Shown piece after piece: positions 63,290 through 64,000 of a stretch of DNA of 64,000 nt (within the stretch, counting starts at the first letter, position 1; the number at the start of each line of letters is the position of its first letter). The stretch is from Candidatus Azophilus lithoversatilis. GTDB taxonomy: Bacteria; Pseudomonadota; Gammaproteobacteria; Pseudomonadales; Azotimanducaceae. The notes under the pieces were generated by a model. That model did no database searches and was not told the DNA's origin. It saw nothing but the letters and a program-made list of their open reading frames with translations. The stretch spans positions 4,986 through 68,985 of the forward strand of contig JAQAJJ010000027.1 of the NCBI GenBank assembly GCA_028278675.1, written 5' to 3'. A program made the position numbers and the translations under genes.

Positions 63290-64000
63290 TCAAGCCGCCG
63301 GCAACTGCTCCCCGTCGAGCTGCAGGCGGGCGAAGCGGGCGTAGAGGTCGTTGCCCCGCACTAGCGCGTCGTGGCCGCCTGCGGCGATGAGGGCGCCTTC
63401 CTTCAGCACCAGGATGCGGTCGGCTTGGCGCACCGTGGAGAGGCGGTGGGCGATCACCAGGATGCTGCAGCGGCCTTTCAGTTCCTCGATGCTCAGCCGA
63501 ATGGCATGTTCGCTTTCCGCATCGAGGGCGGCGGTGGCCTCGTCGAGCAGCAGGATGGCCGGGTTGGTGAGCAGCGCTCTGGCGATGGCGAGGCGTTGCT
63601 TCTGGCCGCCGGACAGGCCCACCCCGCCCTCGCCCACCACGGCCTCCAAACCTTCGGGGAGCTGCGCCACAAACTCCGCGGCGTGGGCCAGCCGCAGCGC
63701 CTCGTCAATCTCGGCGGCACTGGCATCGGGATTGCCGTACAGAATATTGGTGCGCAGCGAGCCGGCGAACAACACAGGGTCCTGGGGCACGAAACCGATG
63801 CGCTCGCGCACATCCTGGCGGCGCAGTTGGCGCAGGCTGCGCCCGTTGAGGAGGATGCTTCCTTCGCTCGGATCGTAAAATCGCTGCAGGAGGTCGAACA
63901 AGGTGCTTTTGCCCGCCCCTGACGGGCCCACCACAGCGACCATTTCCCCCGGCTGCACGGTAAAGTCGATGCCGTTGAGCACCTGAACGTCGGGACGGGC
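63290..64000 (-). CDS. ABC transporter ATP-binding domain (C-terminal part of an MsbA-like permease/ATPase fusion; 5' end beyond the right window edge)
   Basis: Walker A GPSGAGKST, signature LSGGQKQR, Walker B ILLLDEATAALD. The frame stays open upstream of the track start (…ARPDVQVLNGIDF) to position 64000. Confidence 0.9.
   Translation of the reverse strand, partial: ARPDVQVLNGIDFTVQPGEMVAVVGPSGAGKSTLFDLLQRFYDPSEGSILLNGRSLRQLRRQDVRERIGFVPQDPVLFAGSLRTNILYGNPDASAAEIDEALRLAHAAEFVAQLPEGLEAVVGEGGVGLSGGQKQRLAIARALLTNPAILLLDEATAALDAESEHAIRLSIEELKGRCSILVIAHRLSTVRQADRILVLKEGALIAAGGHDALVRGNDLYARFARLQLDGEQLPAA

Overview
High-GC, gene-dense chromosomal segment that looks gammaproteobacterial, with about 75 supportable protein genes. 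I recognised no rRNA, tRNA, CRISPR array, transposase or integrase, but I ran no tRNA or RNA scan.

Layout, left to right:
(1) 1-1000: 5' part of a TonB-dependent receptor gene.
(2) 1281-7346: type IV pilus minor-pilin cluster (fimT convergent with pilE-like, pilV, pilW, pilX, pilY1).
(3) 7546-15438: housekeeping block lspA, ribF, murJ, rpsT, proB, obg, rpmA, rplU, ispB. From memory it is largely syntenic with the Pseudomonas aeruginosa ispB-to-fimT region, but ileS, fkpB and ispH are missing here.
(4) 15445-27553: redox and catabolic genes (SDRs, luciferase-like oxidoreductases, MBL hydrolase, aminotransferase, acyl-CoA ligase and dehydrogenase, PPOX-like, VOC).
(5) 27567-30662: a DUF1501/DUF1800 pair.
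(6) 30894-36816: a HiPIP gene next to a heme-copper oxidase cluster (TlpA-like, subunit II with two c-heme sites, subunit I, two subunit-III paralogues, subunit IV).
(7) 37113-61377: a second catabolic stretch (CYP153-like P450, two Rieske oxygenases, esterases, SDR, peroxiredoxin, HpaB-like flavin enzyme, rsgA, Eis-like GNAT, NUDIX, DUF4212 plus Na/solute symporter, and others), interrupted by a solitary DUF4143 AAA ATPase gene.
(8) 61374-63235: a small islet with a DUF1902 gene and an AbiEi/AbiEii type IV toxin-antitoxin pair.
(9) 63290-64000: 3' part of an ABC exporter gene.

Observations most worth follow-up:
- An ArsC/Spx-family gene has an in-frame TGA at the first Cys of its CxxC motif, followed by a SECIS-like hairpin. 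It is a candidate selenoprotein.
- A perfect 80-bp inverted repeat brackets the 5' 781 bp of the HpaB-like gene and extends the peroxiredoxin ORF.
- A 281-bp highly structured element with 22-bp perfect terminal inverted repeats sits exactly between the fimT and pilY1 stop codons.
- Four in-frame 45-bp palindrome-bearing tandem repeats lie directly in front of the FimT prepilin cleavage motif, with no canonical start codon in between.
- A structured 87-bp repeat occurs in tandem at three intergenic loci.
- pilY1 appears frameshifted between its signal peptide and body.
- Paired AlgR/LytTR-type boxes lie upstream of the minor-pilin operon.

Nothing here amounts to a clearly novel multi-gene system. 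All calls rest on reading the sequence and on recalled family motifs; no database search was run.
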